The translations under genes and the position numbers were made by a program. Positions 17,134-26,854 of a stretch of 64,000 nucleotides of DNA are shown in pieces. The stretch spans positions 6,914-70,913 of the forward strand of contig WJMA01000062.1 of NCBI GenBank assembly GCA_014728175.1. The letters run 5' to 3'. Each line of letters begins with the position of its first letter. Positions within the stretch are counted from its first letter, which is position 1. This DNA comes from Candidatus Fermentibacterota bacterium. GTDB lineage: Bacteria > Fermentibacterota > Fermentibacteria > Fermentibacterales > JCC-6. The notes beneath the pieces were generated by a model. It saw nothing but the letters and a program-made list of their open reading frames with translations, was not told the DNA's origin and did not search any database.

Positions 17134-18560
17134 TTAATAGGCACCCCTGCCTTTGAATATGGTCAGAACGGTTCTAATCAGTATGACGAAGTCCAGCATC
17201 AGCGACTGGTTTCGGATGTAGTAAAAGTCGTACTCGATATTCTCGTGCAGCGGCAGGTCCTTCCTGCCCATCACCTGCCACAGGCCGGTCATGCCGGGCT
17301 TGGCGTCCAGGCGGTGCATCTGCCATCGCGCGTAACTCTTCACTATGAACGTCATCTCCGGCCTGGGCCCCACCAGGCTCATGCTGCCGCTCAAGACGTT
17401 GAACAGCTGGGGCAACTCGTCCAGGCTGGTCTTGCGCAGGATCCTGCCGATGAACGTGACCCGGGGGTCGCCCTTCTCCAAAGGCGCCACCTCGTACTCG
17501 TCCGCCTCCGGTTTCATGGTGCGGAACTTATAGAGCGTGAACTCTTTGCCTTTAAGGCCGACTCTCTTCTGCTTGAATATGGGGCTGCCCTTGGTCGTCA
17601 GCAGCAGGATGAGGTAGATCACCACCAGCAGGGGCAGTAGAAGCAGTATCAGAAAGGCCGAGCAGAGCAGGTCCATCGTTCTCTTGAGGAACCGTTGAAA
17701 GAGCGAGGGTCTTCCGTATCCGATCTCGATTATCGGAATCCTGGAGAGATCGTCCAGATCGGTCTTGCCGGTGGCGATCTCGAAGAGGTCGCTCACCAAT
17801 CTGAAGTGTACGTCCTTCTTCCTCACGGTGGATATGATCCCCAGCATCTTCGACCTCTCCAGCTCCGGTGAGGCGAAGAAGACCTCGTCGGCGTCGTGGC
17901 TCTCCACCAGCCGGTGAACGTCGGCCAGGGTTCCGATGACCGGGGCGCCCTCGAACTCCTCCAACTCATCGTCCGGCCGCAGGGTAAGCACTCCGGCTAT
18001 CTCCGGGGCCGGTTCCGGTAGCTGTCTGATCTTCCTTATCACCCGGCGGGCCACATCACCCGTCCCCACCACCAGAATCCTGGGAGCTATGCGAATGGGC
18101 GCTATGAGCTGGGCCAGCTTCTTCGCCCCCGCCCTGGCCATGACGGTCAAGGGCAGGGAGATGATTATGAACATCAGCATCATCAGCCGGGAGTAGTCCT
18201 TCTTGACCAGGTAGCTCGCAGCCATCAGGGAGACGCCCAGGATCAGTAGGGCCTTGATTATCCGCTGCATTCTCCTGACGCTTCCCCCGTACCGACGAGG
18301 TCGATACAGACCGTTTACGCCGAAGCATACCAGCCACAAAATCACTATCACCGGAAGCGTCGGCAGGTACACCGATAGATCGTGGTGGAAGTAATGAAGC
18401 AGGTCCCTCAGAATGGTGTTCCTCAGCCAGAACGTTACTAAAAGGGCCACCGGGGCGGCTATCACGTCGGCAAAGACCAGGAGAACCGCCAGTACCCTGT
18501 CGGCTCTTCTTGCCGGAGCTAGCAAGATTTCCTCCAGAAACGAACGAGTCCCATCGTCAT
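17134..18560 (-). CDS. wbaP: Polyprenyl-phosphate hexose-1-phosphate transferase (WbaP/CpsE-type initiating sugar transferase)
   Basis: N-terminal TM helices, a central Rossmann-like region, and a C-terminal bacterial sugar-transferase domain ([18 protein letters not shown]). True start is unclear (no ATG). A TTG/CTG start near 18530-18560 overlaps the upstream GT2 stop. The ORF-track N-terminal extension to 19029 is rejected. Confidence 0.82.
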
Positions 18561-19481
18561 CCCGGCCAACAGGGCCGCCCCCCGACAGAGTGCGAACGCC
18601 GGGACCATCGGCGCCACGGCCGTATCGACTGCCAGCGTCACCCGCACCAGAGGCAGAGTGGTTATCACGAATGCCGCCAGCCACATCAGTGATAGATAGG
18701 GCATCATCGCCGAGGAGACCAGTACCGGCAGCAGCAGAGATATCAACACCAGCTGCACCTTGAGCATCGCCGGAGTGTACGAATCCGAGGCCGCCTTTCC
18801 CGGGAAACTCCGCACCACTTTCATCCTCCACTTCCCCCGAGACAGTTTCATCCTGAGATATGCGATCCAGGTAGGCTGGTGGCGATGCGCCACCCGCGCC
18901 GGCCGATGGAAGACCAGCCTGTATCCCGCAGTCTTCAGTCGGTAGGAGAGATCCACGTCCTCGTGATCCGGAAGGGGAAAGGACTCGTCGAACCCTCCCA
19001 CCGATTCCAGGGCCTCCCGGGTGAAGCATGCCGAGTAGGTGTCGACCAGATCTACATCTTCGCTCCGGGAAAGCAGCCTATACCGCTCCTCGAACTCCAC
19101 CTGGGCCAGCCGCTGGATCGTTCTCCGGCCTCCGCGGCTGTAACTTCCCTTGACTCCTCCCACTCCGGTCCGCATGGCCCTAAGCATCTCTTCAGCCCAC
19201 GAAGGCTCCGGAACGCAGTCGGCGTCGGTGAACATGACGTAGGGCAGCTCGGATGCCCTCCATCCCCTGTTTCTGGCCGCGGCCGGCCCAGAACCGGGCC
19301 CCGTGAGTACCAGGTCGACCAACCGCCTCACGCCCTCCGGGGGCTCCCCACGTCCGTCTATGGAAACCACTATCCGCAGCTTTCCTCTGATCGTTTGGGC
19401 ATTCAGCGCCTCCACGCAGTCCCGAAGGTTGGGATCGTCGGGCAACGAAGGCACCACCACGGCCGCTACTTGCTCCGACAT
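18519..19481 (-). CDS. Glycosyltransferase family 2 with C-terminal transmembrane helices (HpnI-like architecture)
   Basis: GT-A fold motifs (VVVPSLPDD, FTDADCVPEPSW, DxD-like DHEDVD) and ~3 C-terminal TM helices. Confidence 0.82.
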   Translation of the reverse strand: MSEQVAAVVVPSLPDDPNLRDCVEALNAQTIRGKLRIVVSIDGRGEPPEGVRRLVDLVLTGPGSGPAAARNRGWRASELPYVMFTDADCVPEPSWAEEMLRAMRTGVGGVKGSYSRGGRRTIQRLAQVEFEERYRLLSRSEDVDLVDTYSACFTREALESVGGFDESFPLPDHEDVDLSYRLKTAGYRLVFHRPARVAHRHQPTWIAYLRMKLSRGKWRMKVVRSFPGKAASDSYTPAMLKVQLVLISLLLPVLVSSAMMPYLSLMWLAAFVITTLPLVRVTLAVDTAVAPMVPAFALCRGAALLAGMTMGLVRFWRKSC

Positions 19482-19483
19482 CG

Positions 19484-20926
19484 TCAGCCCCTGTCCGTAA
19501 GCAAGTGCTTCCAGAACGTTCCCAGGGCCTTGAGAATGGTGTGGCGCTCGTCACGGTCGCTGATCACCCGCCACAGCTTGGACGCCAGGTATGAAGGGCG
19601 GAGGTAGAACCTCCTCCGGGCGTAGTTGCAGAACTCGACCAGCTCTCGACCGGAGAGAGACTCCGTTCTGACAACGCAGTTGTGGGTCCCGTCCTCTCCT
19701 AGCCATTCCCGCCAGGAGTCGGCGGTTATCCGGCCGGTTCCCAGGGCCTCCCTGTAAGCCTGGGTCCCCGGGTAGACCATCAGAGGGTAGAACTGGGCAG
19801 TGTCCGGATCCAGGCGCAGAGCGAAATCCAGGGTTCGCTGCATGGTCTCCTTGGTCTCTCCCGGCAGACCAACCAGGAAGCAGCCGTGCACCAATACCCC
19901 CGCCTTCCTGGCGTCCTCGGCGAACCGGAGCATGGTGGCGATATCTATTCCCTTGCGCATGGCATTCAAAAGCTGGTCTTCACCGCTCTCGTAACCGACG
20001 CACACCGTTCTCAGGCCGGCCTTCCGGCACAGCGTCAGAGTCTCGAGGTCCACGTCGGCCCGCATGTTGGCGGTCCATGACAAGTTCACTCCCGAAGAGA
20101 TGACCTCCCGGGCCAGGCTCCTCAGCCGCTCTCGGTCGACCGAGATGGTATCGTCCTCGAAGAACACCGCCCTGACCCGGGGAAGGTTCTCTTCCACCCA
20201 CAGCATCTCCTCCACAACGTTCCTCACCGAGCGCTGACGGAGCTTTTTTCCATGCAGGGTCTGGGGAAACACGCAGAAAGTGCAGCCGTGCGGACATCCC
20301 CTGCCGCCCATTATCATCACCTGAGGATACAGGGCGTTGGGATTGCTGTAGTCGTTAATCCGTAGATGCCTCTTGTAGACCTTGCTTACGAAGGGCAGGG
20401 AGTCCAGGTCCTCCAGGAGGGGGGCCTCTCCGGTGGAAACAGTCTCCAAACCTTCCCTCAGGCAGAGACCGGGGACCTCCGTCAGGTCAGCTTCCCTTTC
20501 GATCGATTCGGCCGCCAAAAGCAAAGGCTTCTCGTACTCCCCCACCACCACTCCGGTGAAGTCGTTTCCCAACCCCACTGTACGCTCCGGGAGCGCCGAG
20601 GGATGGGTTCCCACCAGCAGGACGTTCTCCACCACTTCCGACAGCCGGTCGGCCAGCTCTACATCCGATTCTATGGATGGAGTAGAGGTCTCCAGAACCG
20701 CCATCTCCGGAGAGAAGCCTTCCACCCTCTCGATAACCTCCGGCTCGGACAGCCCGGCCGCAGGGGCGTCCAGGAACAGAACGTCGTGACCGGCCTGCTC
20801 CAGGGCTCCGACCGCGTACGATATCCAAATGGGATAGTACAGAGTTCCGCTGCGGGTCACGGCCGGGCTTCTTTGTCCCCGGCTGTAGTGGGGCAAAAAC
20901 GGCGGGTTAAGAACCGCTATTCTCAT
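19484..20926 (-). CDS. B12-binding-domain radical SAM protein (HpnJ-like family)
   Basis: Start MRIAVLNPPFL. N-terminal cobalamin-binding-like domain. Radical SAM cluster motif GCPHGCTFC. Conserved blocks DLDSLPFVSKVYKRHLRINDY, VGYESGEDQLLNAMRKG and LVGLPGETKETMQRT resemble hopanoid-associated HpnJ proteins (from recalled sequence, not a search). Confidence 0.8.
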   Translation of the reverse strand: MRIAVLNPPFLPHYSRGQRSPAVTRSGTLYYPIWISYAVGALEQAGHDVLFLDAPAAGLSEPEVIERVEGFSPEMAVLETSTPSIESDVELADRLSEVVENVLLVGTHPSALPERTVGLGNDFTGVVVGEYEKPLLLAAESIEREADLTEVPGLCLREGLETVSTGEAPLLEDLDSLPFVSKVYKRHLRINDYSNPNALYPQVMIMGGRGCPHGCTFCVFPQTLHGKKLRQRSVRNVVEEMLWVEENLPRVRAVFFEDDTISVDRERLRSLAREVISSGVNLSWTANMRADVDLETLTLCRKAGLRTVCVGYESGEDQLLNAMRKGIDIATMLRFAEDARKAGVLVHGCFLVGLPGETKETMQRTLDFALRLDPDTAQFYPLMVYPGTQAYREALGTGRITADSWREWLGEDGTHNCVVRTESLSGRELVEFCNYARRRFYLRPSYLASKLWRVISDRDERHTILKALGTFWKHLLTDRG

Positions 20927-21950
20927 CCAGCTCTTCCTTAAGCGCTGACCAGACCTGGTCCACGGATATCCTTTCCATGCAATCGCCTCTCCGGCGGGAG
21001 CATCCGGGGAACACGGAGTTGGAGTAGCAGGGCGCGCATTCCGCATCGGTACCGACCGCGACGATGGCCCGTGGATCGTAGAGGCTGTCGGGGTTGGTGG
21101 GACCGAAGAGCAACACCGGTCTTACCCCCACCGCCACGGCCAGATGGGCCGTACCGGTGTCTACGCCCAGAAAGCCCCGGCACCTGGATATCACCGCGGC
21201 CGTTCGACCCCAATCGGTGGTACCGGTCAGATCCAACGGATCGCAGCTGCTCCTATTGGACACCGAAGCCGATATCCCCACATCTCCCCTACCTCCCAGC
21301 AGGACCACGCTGAAGCCGGTCTCGAAGAGACGGTCCACCAACGCCGCGAATCTTTCCGGCGGCCAGCGTTTCTGGGGCACGGTATCCCGCGGGTTGCAGG
21401 CTCCTCCCGGAGCCACCGCCACCCAGGGGCGCCCGGATGGCAGACGTTTGGCGGCGAAGGATTCCTCCTCGGCCCTCAGAGGGAAGATAGGGCGGTATTG
21501 GGAAGGATCGACCCCGGCTATATCGGCGTACGTCCTACCGGCGAACGCCCAAGGATCGAATCCCACGCATCGCTCCCACTCCCCCAGAGGCTCGCTGCCT
21601 CCACTGCGCATGACCGATCCGGTCAGGAATCTGACCCATCTCCTGGTAAAACCGGATTCTGCAAACACGACAGACCTCTCCACCGCCCGCAGATCCTTCC
21701 GCTTGCCCAGCGACCACAACCCAAGCCTCAGAAGCCCTGCTGGGCCCCGGAATGGAAAGGGAGCCACCAGTACCCTCTCCAGGCCCGGCAAACGCTCCCA
21801 TACCGCCGCGGCGGAGGGACCGCACAGGGCCCACCACCGTCCGCCCCGCCGAACCAGCTCCGTGGCCGCCGGGGTGGCCAGAAGGGAGTCACCGAAGGCA
21901 TGGGTCTTTACCAACAGGCCTATCCCGCTCAAGGATCGCCTCCGGCCCAT
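20907..21950 (-). CDS. Glycosyltransferase family 9 (heptosyltransferase-like)
   Basis: GIGLLVKTHAFGDSLLATPA N-terminal motif and a C-terminal GT-B region (LLGGRGD..., GVDTGTAHLAVAVG) typical of ADP-heptose:LPS heptosyltransferase family. Confidence 0.8.
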   Translation of the reverse strand: MGRRRSLSGIGLLVKTHAFGDSLLATPAATELVRRGGRWWALCGPSAAAVWERLPGLERVLVAPFPFRGPAGLLRLGLWSLGKRKDLRAVERSVVFAESGFTRRWVRFLTGSVMRSGGSEPLGEWERCVGFDPWAFAGRTYADIAGVDPSQYRPIFPLRAEEESFAAKRLPSGRPWVAVAPGGACNPRDTVPQKRWPPERFAALVDRLFETGFSVVLLGGRGDVGISASVSNRSSCDPLDLTGTTDWGRTAAVISRCRGFLGVDTGTAHLAVAVGVRPVLLFGPTNPDSLYDPRAIVAVGTDAECAPCYSNSVFPGCSRRRGDCMERISVDQVWSALKEELDENSGS

Positions 21951-21987
21951 GGATAAGTGACAAGCGCGGATCGGTAAGCGAGAGGTA

Positions 21988-22722
21988 TCAGCCCGACTGC
22001 TTCTCTATCCAATTCCCGAACCATTCGGACATCATCAGCTCGAGTTCCCTGGGCTGCGAGTCGCTCCATACCGGCTCGGTGGAGGGATGCATTACCAGCT
22101 CCACTTCGCCCGGGGGCAACTTGCCCTCGAAGCCCCTCAGGTAATCGCGGTCGACGCTTCCGCTGCGACCGAAACCGAGTATGCAGCTGGTGGTCCTCAT
22201 TCCCAGCTCGGAAGCTTTGGCCGAGAACGATTTGGCGTATCTGTTCAGCACGAAGCCGGTCGGTCTGCGCAGTCTGTCGGGTATGTGGGCGGCCCTGATG
22301 TTCCTAATGCCGTACTGGGTGGCCAATTCCAGGATTACCTCCTGCAGCGCGGGCATGTGATGGAGATGCCTGTGACTGTCCAGGCGGGTGACCATTACAC
22401 CGTTGGAGAGGAGCCTCTCTATCTGCAAGCTCCATTCCTTCTTGGCGTCTTCGGTATACTTTCCTCCCACCAGAAGCCAAGCGGCCAGGGAATCGGGGAA
22501 GGTCGCCTCACTGAGGAAAGGGGACTCGATGCAGTTGAGATGGGCGGATACGGTCTTGTCGGAAGCGGCGATTATTCGGAATGCATGTTCGGACTCGCTC
22601 CCGCTGGCCATTACGCTGAGGCAGTCCACCGTTCCCGCCTTGATGCACTGCTCCACCGCGTCGTTGATCGGTTTGGCCCGACCCACGTCATCGATCGTAA
22701 CCAGAATACGGCGGTCCCTCAT
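21988..22722 (-). CDS. ChbG/HpnK (YdjC) family carbohydrate deacetylase
   Basis: ILVTIDDVG...LDSHRHLH motif pattern of YdjC-like polysaccharide/chitooligosaccharide deacetylases. Confidence 0.8.
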   Translation of the reverse strand: MRDRRILVTIDDVGRAKPINDAVEQCIKAGTVDCLSVMASGSESEHAFRIIAASDKTVSAHLNCIESPFLSEATFPDSLAAWLLVGGKYTEDAKKEWSLQIERLLSNGVMVTRLDSHRHLHHMPALQEVILELATQYGIRNIRAAHIPDRLRRPTGFVLNRYAKSFSAKASELGMRTTSCILGFGRSGSVDRDYLRGFEGKLPPGEVELVMHPSTEPVWSDSQPRELELMMSEWFGNWIEKQSG

Positions 22723-22818
22723 TCTACACTCTCCCGGCCTTTGGGTGTTCTACGGCCCCTCCTCGACCCCAAGCATACAACCACACGTCCGGTGCGCCCA
22801 ACCCGAATCCGGGGGCCA

Positions 22819-24027
22819 TCATTCGCGACATTCCCATTTGGCCTGTCGCAGGACCACCGGTCTTTCCTTCCTCTCTCCCAGCAGGGTAATCCGGAAGCGG
22901 TAATCCAGCCAATGGTAGTCCCGATTCCTGGCCGGATCGGTCAGAGCCAGGCCCATTAGGTACTCCCCGGGCTCGGCGATCTGCAGGTCTATGCTCAGAG
23001 TAGCCTTAAGCCTGTCATCCACCTTCAGAAGCGGCCGGTTGAGCTCCAGGTTGTTCGTGCCCAGCACAGTTTGACCATCCGGCCGATGTAGCGAGAAACC
23101 GAAGACGATCCCGTCCGTAGTTCCCCGAAGACTGCTTACGATGTCCGCGTCCACCACTATGGGCTGCCCCGGTCGGAACCTTCTGCTGGGGACGCCGCTC
23201 TCGTTCCGTACCTCCACGGACTCGAAACGTACTTCCCTGGTACCCCATTCGCTCCTGTCGACGGTTCCGGTGGAAGCCGGGCGGCTGGTCTGCGAAACGT
23301 AGGAGCCGATAACCTCGTCCGGACCTCCATCCATTACCACCCTACCGTCATTAAGCCAGATCACCCTCTCGCACAGCCTGGAGACGGCTTCCATGTCGTG
23401 GGAGACGAAGATTATGGTCCTGCCGGTACCCTGGAAGCCCATTATCCGGTCGTAGCACTTCTGTTGGAAGGACGCGTCACCCACCGCCAGAACCTCATCG
23501 ATGAGAAGGACGTCCGGGTCCACCGATGTAGCCAGGCTGAACCCCAGCCTCATGAACATCCCCGACGAGAAGTATTTCACGGGAATATCCATGAACCTCT
23601 CCAGCTCGGAGAACTCGGCTATGGATGGAAGCAGCTCCCTCATCCGCTGCCGGTCCAGACCCAGGAGAGCCCCGTTGAGAAACACGTTCTCCGCCCCGGT
23701 AAGCTCGGGATGGAAACCCACCCCCAGATCGAGAAGCGAAGCCTTCCTTCCCACCGACTCCACCACTCCCGAGGTGGGACGGTAAATGCCCGCCAGCAAC
23801 TTGAGGGTAGTAGACTTTCCGGCCCCGTTGGGCCCCACGATGCCCACCGACTGCCCGGGCTGCACCCTGAACGTCACGTCGTCCAGCGCCCTGAACAGCT
23901 CCACCCTGGTTCTACGGTTGAACAGGTTGAGAAAGGTCTCCATCAGGCTGACCGTACGGTCGTGGTAGAGCCTGTAATCGAGGCTCACGCCCTCGAAGCT
24001 CACCGTTCCCCTGGCCGGCACGTTCAT
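22819..24027 (-). CDS. wzt: Polysaccharide/O-antigen ABC exporter ATP-binding protein (Wzt/TagH-like) with C-terminal carbohydrate-binding beta-sandwich domain
   Basis: Start MNVPARGTV. Walker A GPNGAGKST, signature FSSGMFMRLGFS, Walker B LLIDEVLAVGD. ~170-aa C-terminal extension typical of Wzt. ATGA-type overlap with wzm. Confidence 0.88.
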   Translation of the reverse strand: MNVPARGTVSFEGVSLDYRLYHDRTVSLMETFLNLFNRRTRVELFRALDDVTFRVQPGQSVGIVGPNGAGKSTTLKLLAGIYRPTSGVVESVGRKASLLDLGVGFHPELTGAENVFLNGALLGLDRQRMRELLPSIAEFSELERFMDIPVKYFSSGMFMRLGFSLATSVDPDVLLIDEVLAVGDASFQQKCYDRIMGFQGTGRTIIFVSHDMEAVSRLCERVIWLNDGRVVMDGGPDEVIGSYVSQTSRPASTGTVDRSEWGTREVRFESVEVRNESGVPSRRFRPGQPIVVDADIVSSLRGTTDGIVFGFSLHRPDGQTVLGTNNLELNRPLLKVDDRLKATLSIDLQIAEPGEYLMGLALTDPARNRDYHWLDYRFRITLLGERKERPVVLRQAKWECRE

Positions 24028-24803
24028 AACTCCTTGACCACGGCTGGCTCGGCCCTTCTGAACACCGCTATGCCCAGGAAGAACAGAACCACGCTCCATA
24101 CGATCAGGGAGGCCCAGCACCATGGCTCGGGCCAAGCTCCCTGGTGCAGAATGCTGTGGAATATCTCCATTAGCCCCGAGAGAGGATTCAGCCTGAGCAC
24201 GGACTCCAAGCCCTCAGGCACTATTCCCCGGCCCAGCGGATATATGACCGGGGATGCGTAGAACCAGGCCAGCAGAAGCACGTCCATCAGCTGCGACACG
24301 TCCCGGTAGTAGATGTTCCAGACCGACAGCATCATGCATATCCCAGAAGTCATAAGGATGAACATCAGCATGGCCACGGGCAGGACCAGGAGGGAGAACC
24401 CGGGGGTATGGCCGAAGGCTATAAGGGCCGTCTCCAACACGATCAGGGAGAGGAGTAGATTGACCGCGTTCGCCGCCACGTTGGCCATGGGAAGGGATAC
24501 CCGGGGGAAGTACACGCTGCGTATCAGCCGGTGATTGTCCAGAAGGCTCTTGGTGGATGCCGAAAGGGACCCCGAGAAGAAGTTCCAGGGCAGGAGGCCG
24601 GTAAGCAGAAAGAGCGAGAAGTGCCTTATCTCTCCCCCGAACCTAATTATCTGGGTGAAAACTATGGTGTACACCACCATGCTGAACAACGGCTTGAGCA
24701 GGAACCAAAAGAAGCCCAGAACGGACCTCTTGTAACGCACCTTCAGCTCCTTGCTTACCAGGCTCTGCATCAAAAGCAGCAGCCTGGACAACCTTCGCAG
24801 CAT
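24024..24803 (-). CDS. wzm: ABC-2 type polysaccharide exporter permease (Wzm/TagG-like)
   Basis: 6-TM ABC-2 permease with characteristic YKRSVLGFFWFLLKPL N-terminus. Confidence 0.88.
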   Translation of the reverse strand: MLRRLSRLLLLMQSLVSKELKVRYKRSVLGFFWFLLKPLFSMVVYTIVFTQIIRFGGEIRHFSLFLLTGLLPWNFFSGSLSASTKSLLDNHRLIRSVYFPRVSLPMANVAANAVNLLLSLIVLETALIAFGHTPGFSLLVLPVAMLMFILMTSGICMMLSVWNIYYRDVSQLMDVLLLAWFYASPVIYPLGRGIVPEGLESVLRLNPLSGLMEIFHSILHQGAWPEPWCWASLIVWSVVLFFLGIAVFRRAEPAVVKEL

Positions 24804-25408
24804 CAGCTATCAGCCCCGGATTCCAGCTTGTGTTCCTCCCGTTTCAGCAGGCGGACTATATTGCTCCTGTGCCTTGCCACCACCACCGCAGCCACCACGC
24901 AACATACTACCCTGACCGGCACCATCCCCGGCCCCGTCTGCAGTAGGAATACTGAGGGAACCAGGGCCAGGGCGGCAAGTACCGAGGACAGCGACACTAT
25001 TCGAAAGACGGCCAGAGTCACCGCGAAAACCCCCAGAGCGGTCAGTACCGGAACCGGGGTCAGAACCACCAGCGAGCCCAGGGCGGTAGCTACTCCCTTG
25101 CCCCCCCGGAAGCCCAGCCAGGGAGTGAATACGTGCCCCGCCACCGACAGGACCGCGCTGATCGACTCCACCAGCACCGTAGAACCCAATAAGCCCGCCA
25201 GAAGGACGGCGCCGGCACCCTTGGAGATGTCCAGAAAAAGTCCGGCAAGGCCCAACGGTATCCCGCATTCCCGCAGTAGGTTGGTCGCTCCCACGTTGCC
25301 CGAGCCGACCTTCCGCAGATCGCTGCCCGCCCACCGGCCTAGTATCCAGGAGAAAGGGATAGAACCCAGAACGAAGGCAATCAGCAGGGCCGCGGCAGTG
25401 CTCATCAA
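24803..25408 (-). CDS. plsY: Glycerol-3-phosphate acyltransferase PlsY
   Basis: LGSIPFSWILGRWAGSDLRKVGSGNVGATN...GGKGVATALG motifs. Confidence 0.92.
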   Translation of the reverse strand: MMSTAAALLIAFVLGSIPFSWILGRWAGSDLRKVGSGNVGATNLLRECGIPLGLAGLFLDISKGAGAVLLAGLLGSTVLVESISAVLSVAGHVFTPWLGFRGGKGVATALGSLVVLTPVPVLTALGVFAVTLAVFRIVSLSSVLAALALVPSVFLLQTGPGMVPVRVVCCVVAAVVVARHRSNIVRLLKREEHKLESGADS

Positions 25409-26703
25409 TGCTTCCTCTTGCGGTACAATATCTTCAATGGAACTCCAGAAAGGTCCAGGGCTTCCGTCAGGCAGTTCCTGAGGTAGCGTCTGTAGCTCTC
25501 GGGGGCATCATCCGGACGATTGGCGAATATAAGCACCTTGGGGGGCCTGGTTCCCACCTGGGTGGCGTAGAAAAATTTGACCTGCCTGCCCCCCGGAGAC
25601 GGCGGCTGGTTCCTCTCCACGGCTTCCTGCAGCACCCGGTTCAGCATCGGGGTAGGCAGCTTGGCCGCCCTCCTCTCCGCCACCCTCCAGGCGGTGGAAA
25701 GGATATCCTCCACTCCCTCCCCGGTCAGCGCGGAATGGAAAAGCACGGGGATCCATCTGGCGGGGCTGAACCGCTGCTCGATCGCCCGCCTCCACAGCTC
25801 ACGGTCCAGGCCCAGATCGATCTTGTTGACCCCGAAAACCACACCTTTGCCTATATCCCAAGCCTTGCCCGCGATTCGCAGGTCCTGGTGGGTAGGATAC
25901 TCGGAGGCATCCAGCATGACATGGACCACGTCGGAAACGCTCATCGACCGCCAGGCCCTTACCGTGCTGTAGTACTCCACGTCGGCCATCTTTCTGGATT
26001 TCCTGCGTAGACCAGCGGTATCCACAATCCTTATGTTGTGCCCTTCCCACCGGATCAGCATGTCCGTGGAGTCCCTGGTGGTTCCGGCCTCCGGCCGAAC
26101 CAGGCTCCTCTCGTGCTTGCATAACATGTTCACTATTGAGCTCTTACCCACGTTGGGCCTTCCCACCACGGCCAGAAGCATCTGCTCGAACTCCGCCTCG
26201 CCGCTGGGGGGAAGAACCTCGACCAGGGCGTCCAGGAAATCTCCCAGACCTCTGCCATGCGTGGCGCTAACCGGCCATGGATCTCCCAGGCCCAGCTCGT
26301 AGAAGTCTCCCACCAGGCCTTCCCGTTTCTCGTTGTCGACCTTGTTTACTGCCAGCAGGACGGGAAGACCAGATTTGCGGGCCACTTCGGCGGCACTGAG
26401 GTCGAAGGGGTGAACACCGGCTGTCACGTCCACCAGCAGGATGAGTACGTCCGACTCGTCTATCGCCAGCCTTACCTGGTTCTCTATGGCCTCCTGCAGG
26501 GGATCTTCGCTTCCTGGAGCCAGACCTCCAGTGTCTATGACGAAGAAGTCACGGTCCCGCCAGGATGCCGTTGCCACGTTTCTGTCGCGGGTAACGCCGG
26601 GCTGGCTGTCTACAATGGCATTCCTTCGGCCAACCAAACGATTGAAGAAGGCCGATTTACCGACGTTAACACGCCCCACGACGGCCACCGTAGGCAAGAG
26701 CAA
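25405..26703 (-). CDS. der: Ribosome-biogenesis GTPase Der (EngA), tandem GTPase domains + KH-like domain
   Basis: Two G-domains (GRVNVGKS; GRPNVGKSS) and a C-terminal KH-like domain. der-plsY adjacency is widely conserved. Confidence 0.93.
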   Translation of the reverse strand: MLLPTVAVVGRVNVGKSAFFNRLVGRRNAIVDSQPGVTRDRNVATASWRDRDFFVIDTGGLAPGSEDPLQEAIENQVRLAIDESDVLILLVDVTAGVHPFDLSAAEVARKSGLPVLLAVNKVDNEKREGLVGDFYELGLGDPWPVSATHGRGLGDFLDALVEVLPPSGEAEFEQMLLAVVGRPNVGKSSIVNMLCKHERSLVRPEAGTTRDSTDMLIRWEGHNIRIVDTAGLRRKSRKMADVEYYSTVRAWRSMSVSDVVHVMLDASEYPTHQDLRIAGKAWDIGKGVVFGVNKIDLGLDRELWRRAIEQRFSPARWIPVLFHSALTGEGVEDILSTAWRVAERRAAKLPTPMLNRVLQEAVERNQPPSPGGRQVKFFYATQVGTRPPKVLIFANRPDDAPESYRRYLRNCLTEALDLSGVPLKILYRKRKH

Positions 26704-26854
26704 GGTATCACCCCCAACCTGATTAGGAACTGCATTATACGCAGGTTCGGGGGACGGGAACAGGCGGCGAAAGCAGTCGAGCTTAACCGAACAAAGCGTG
26801 TAGCGTGTATTTGACGCCTTACAAGAGGTATTTATTCAACCCATTGGAAGTAAA

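Noticed and set aside
18560-19029. N-terminal 156-aa extension of the WbaP ORF (MLHPGGPGIGG…)
   Set aside because: It overlaps the GT2 gene, is G/S/A-rich low complexity, and the conserved WbaP N-terminus starts near 18560.
21094-21960. 288-aa and 270-aa plus-strand ORFs
   Set aside because: They are antisense to the GT9 gene with Pro/Arg/Ser-rich composition and no homology signals.
22723-22818. Short CCCG…CGGG hairpin between ydjC-like and wzt
   Set aside because: The stem is only 4 bp with no U-tract, so it is too weak to call a terminator or regulatory element.
24531-25481. 316-aa plus-strand ORF
   Set aside because: It is antisense to plsY/wzm, T/S/P-rich, and overlaps two strongly supported genes.
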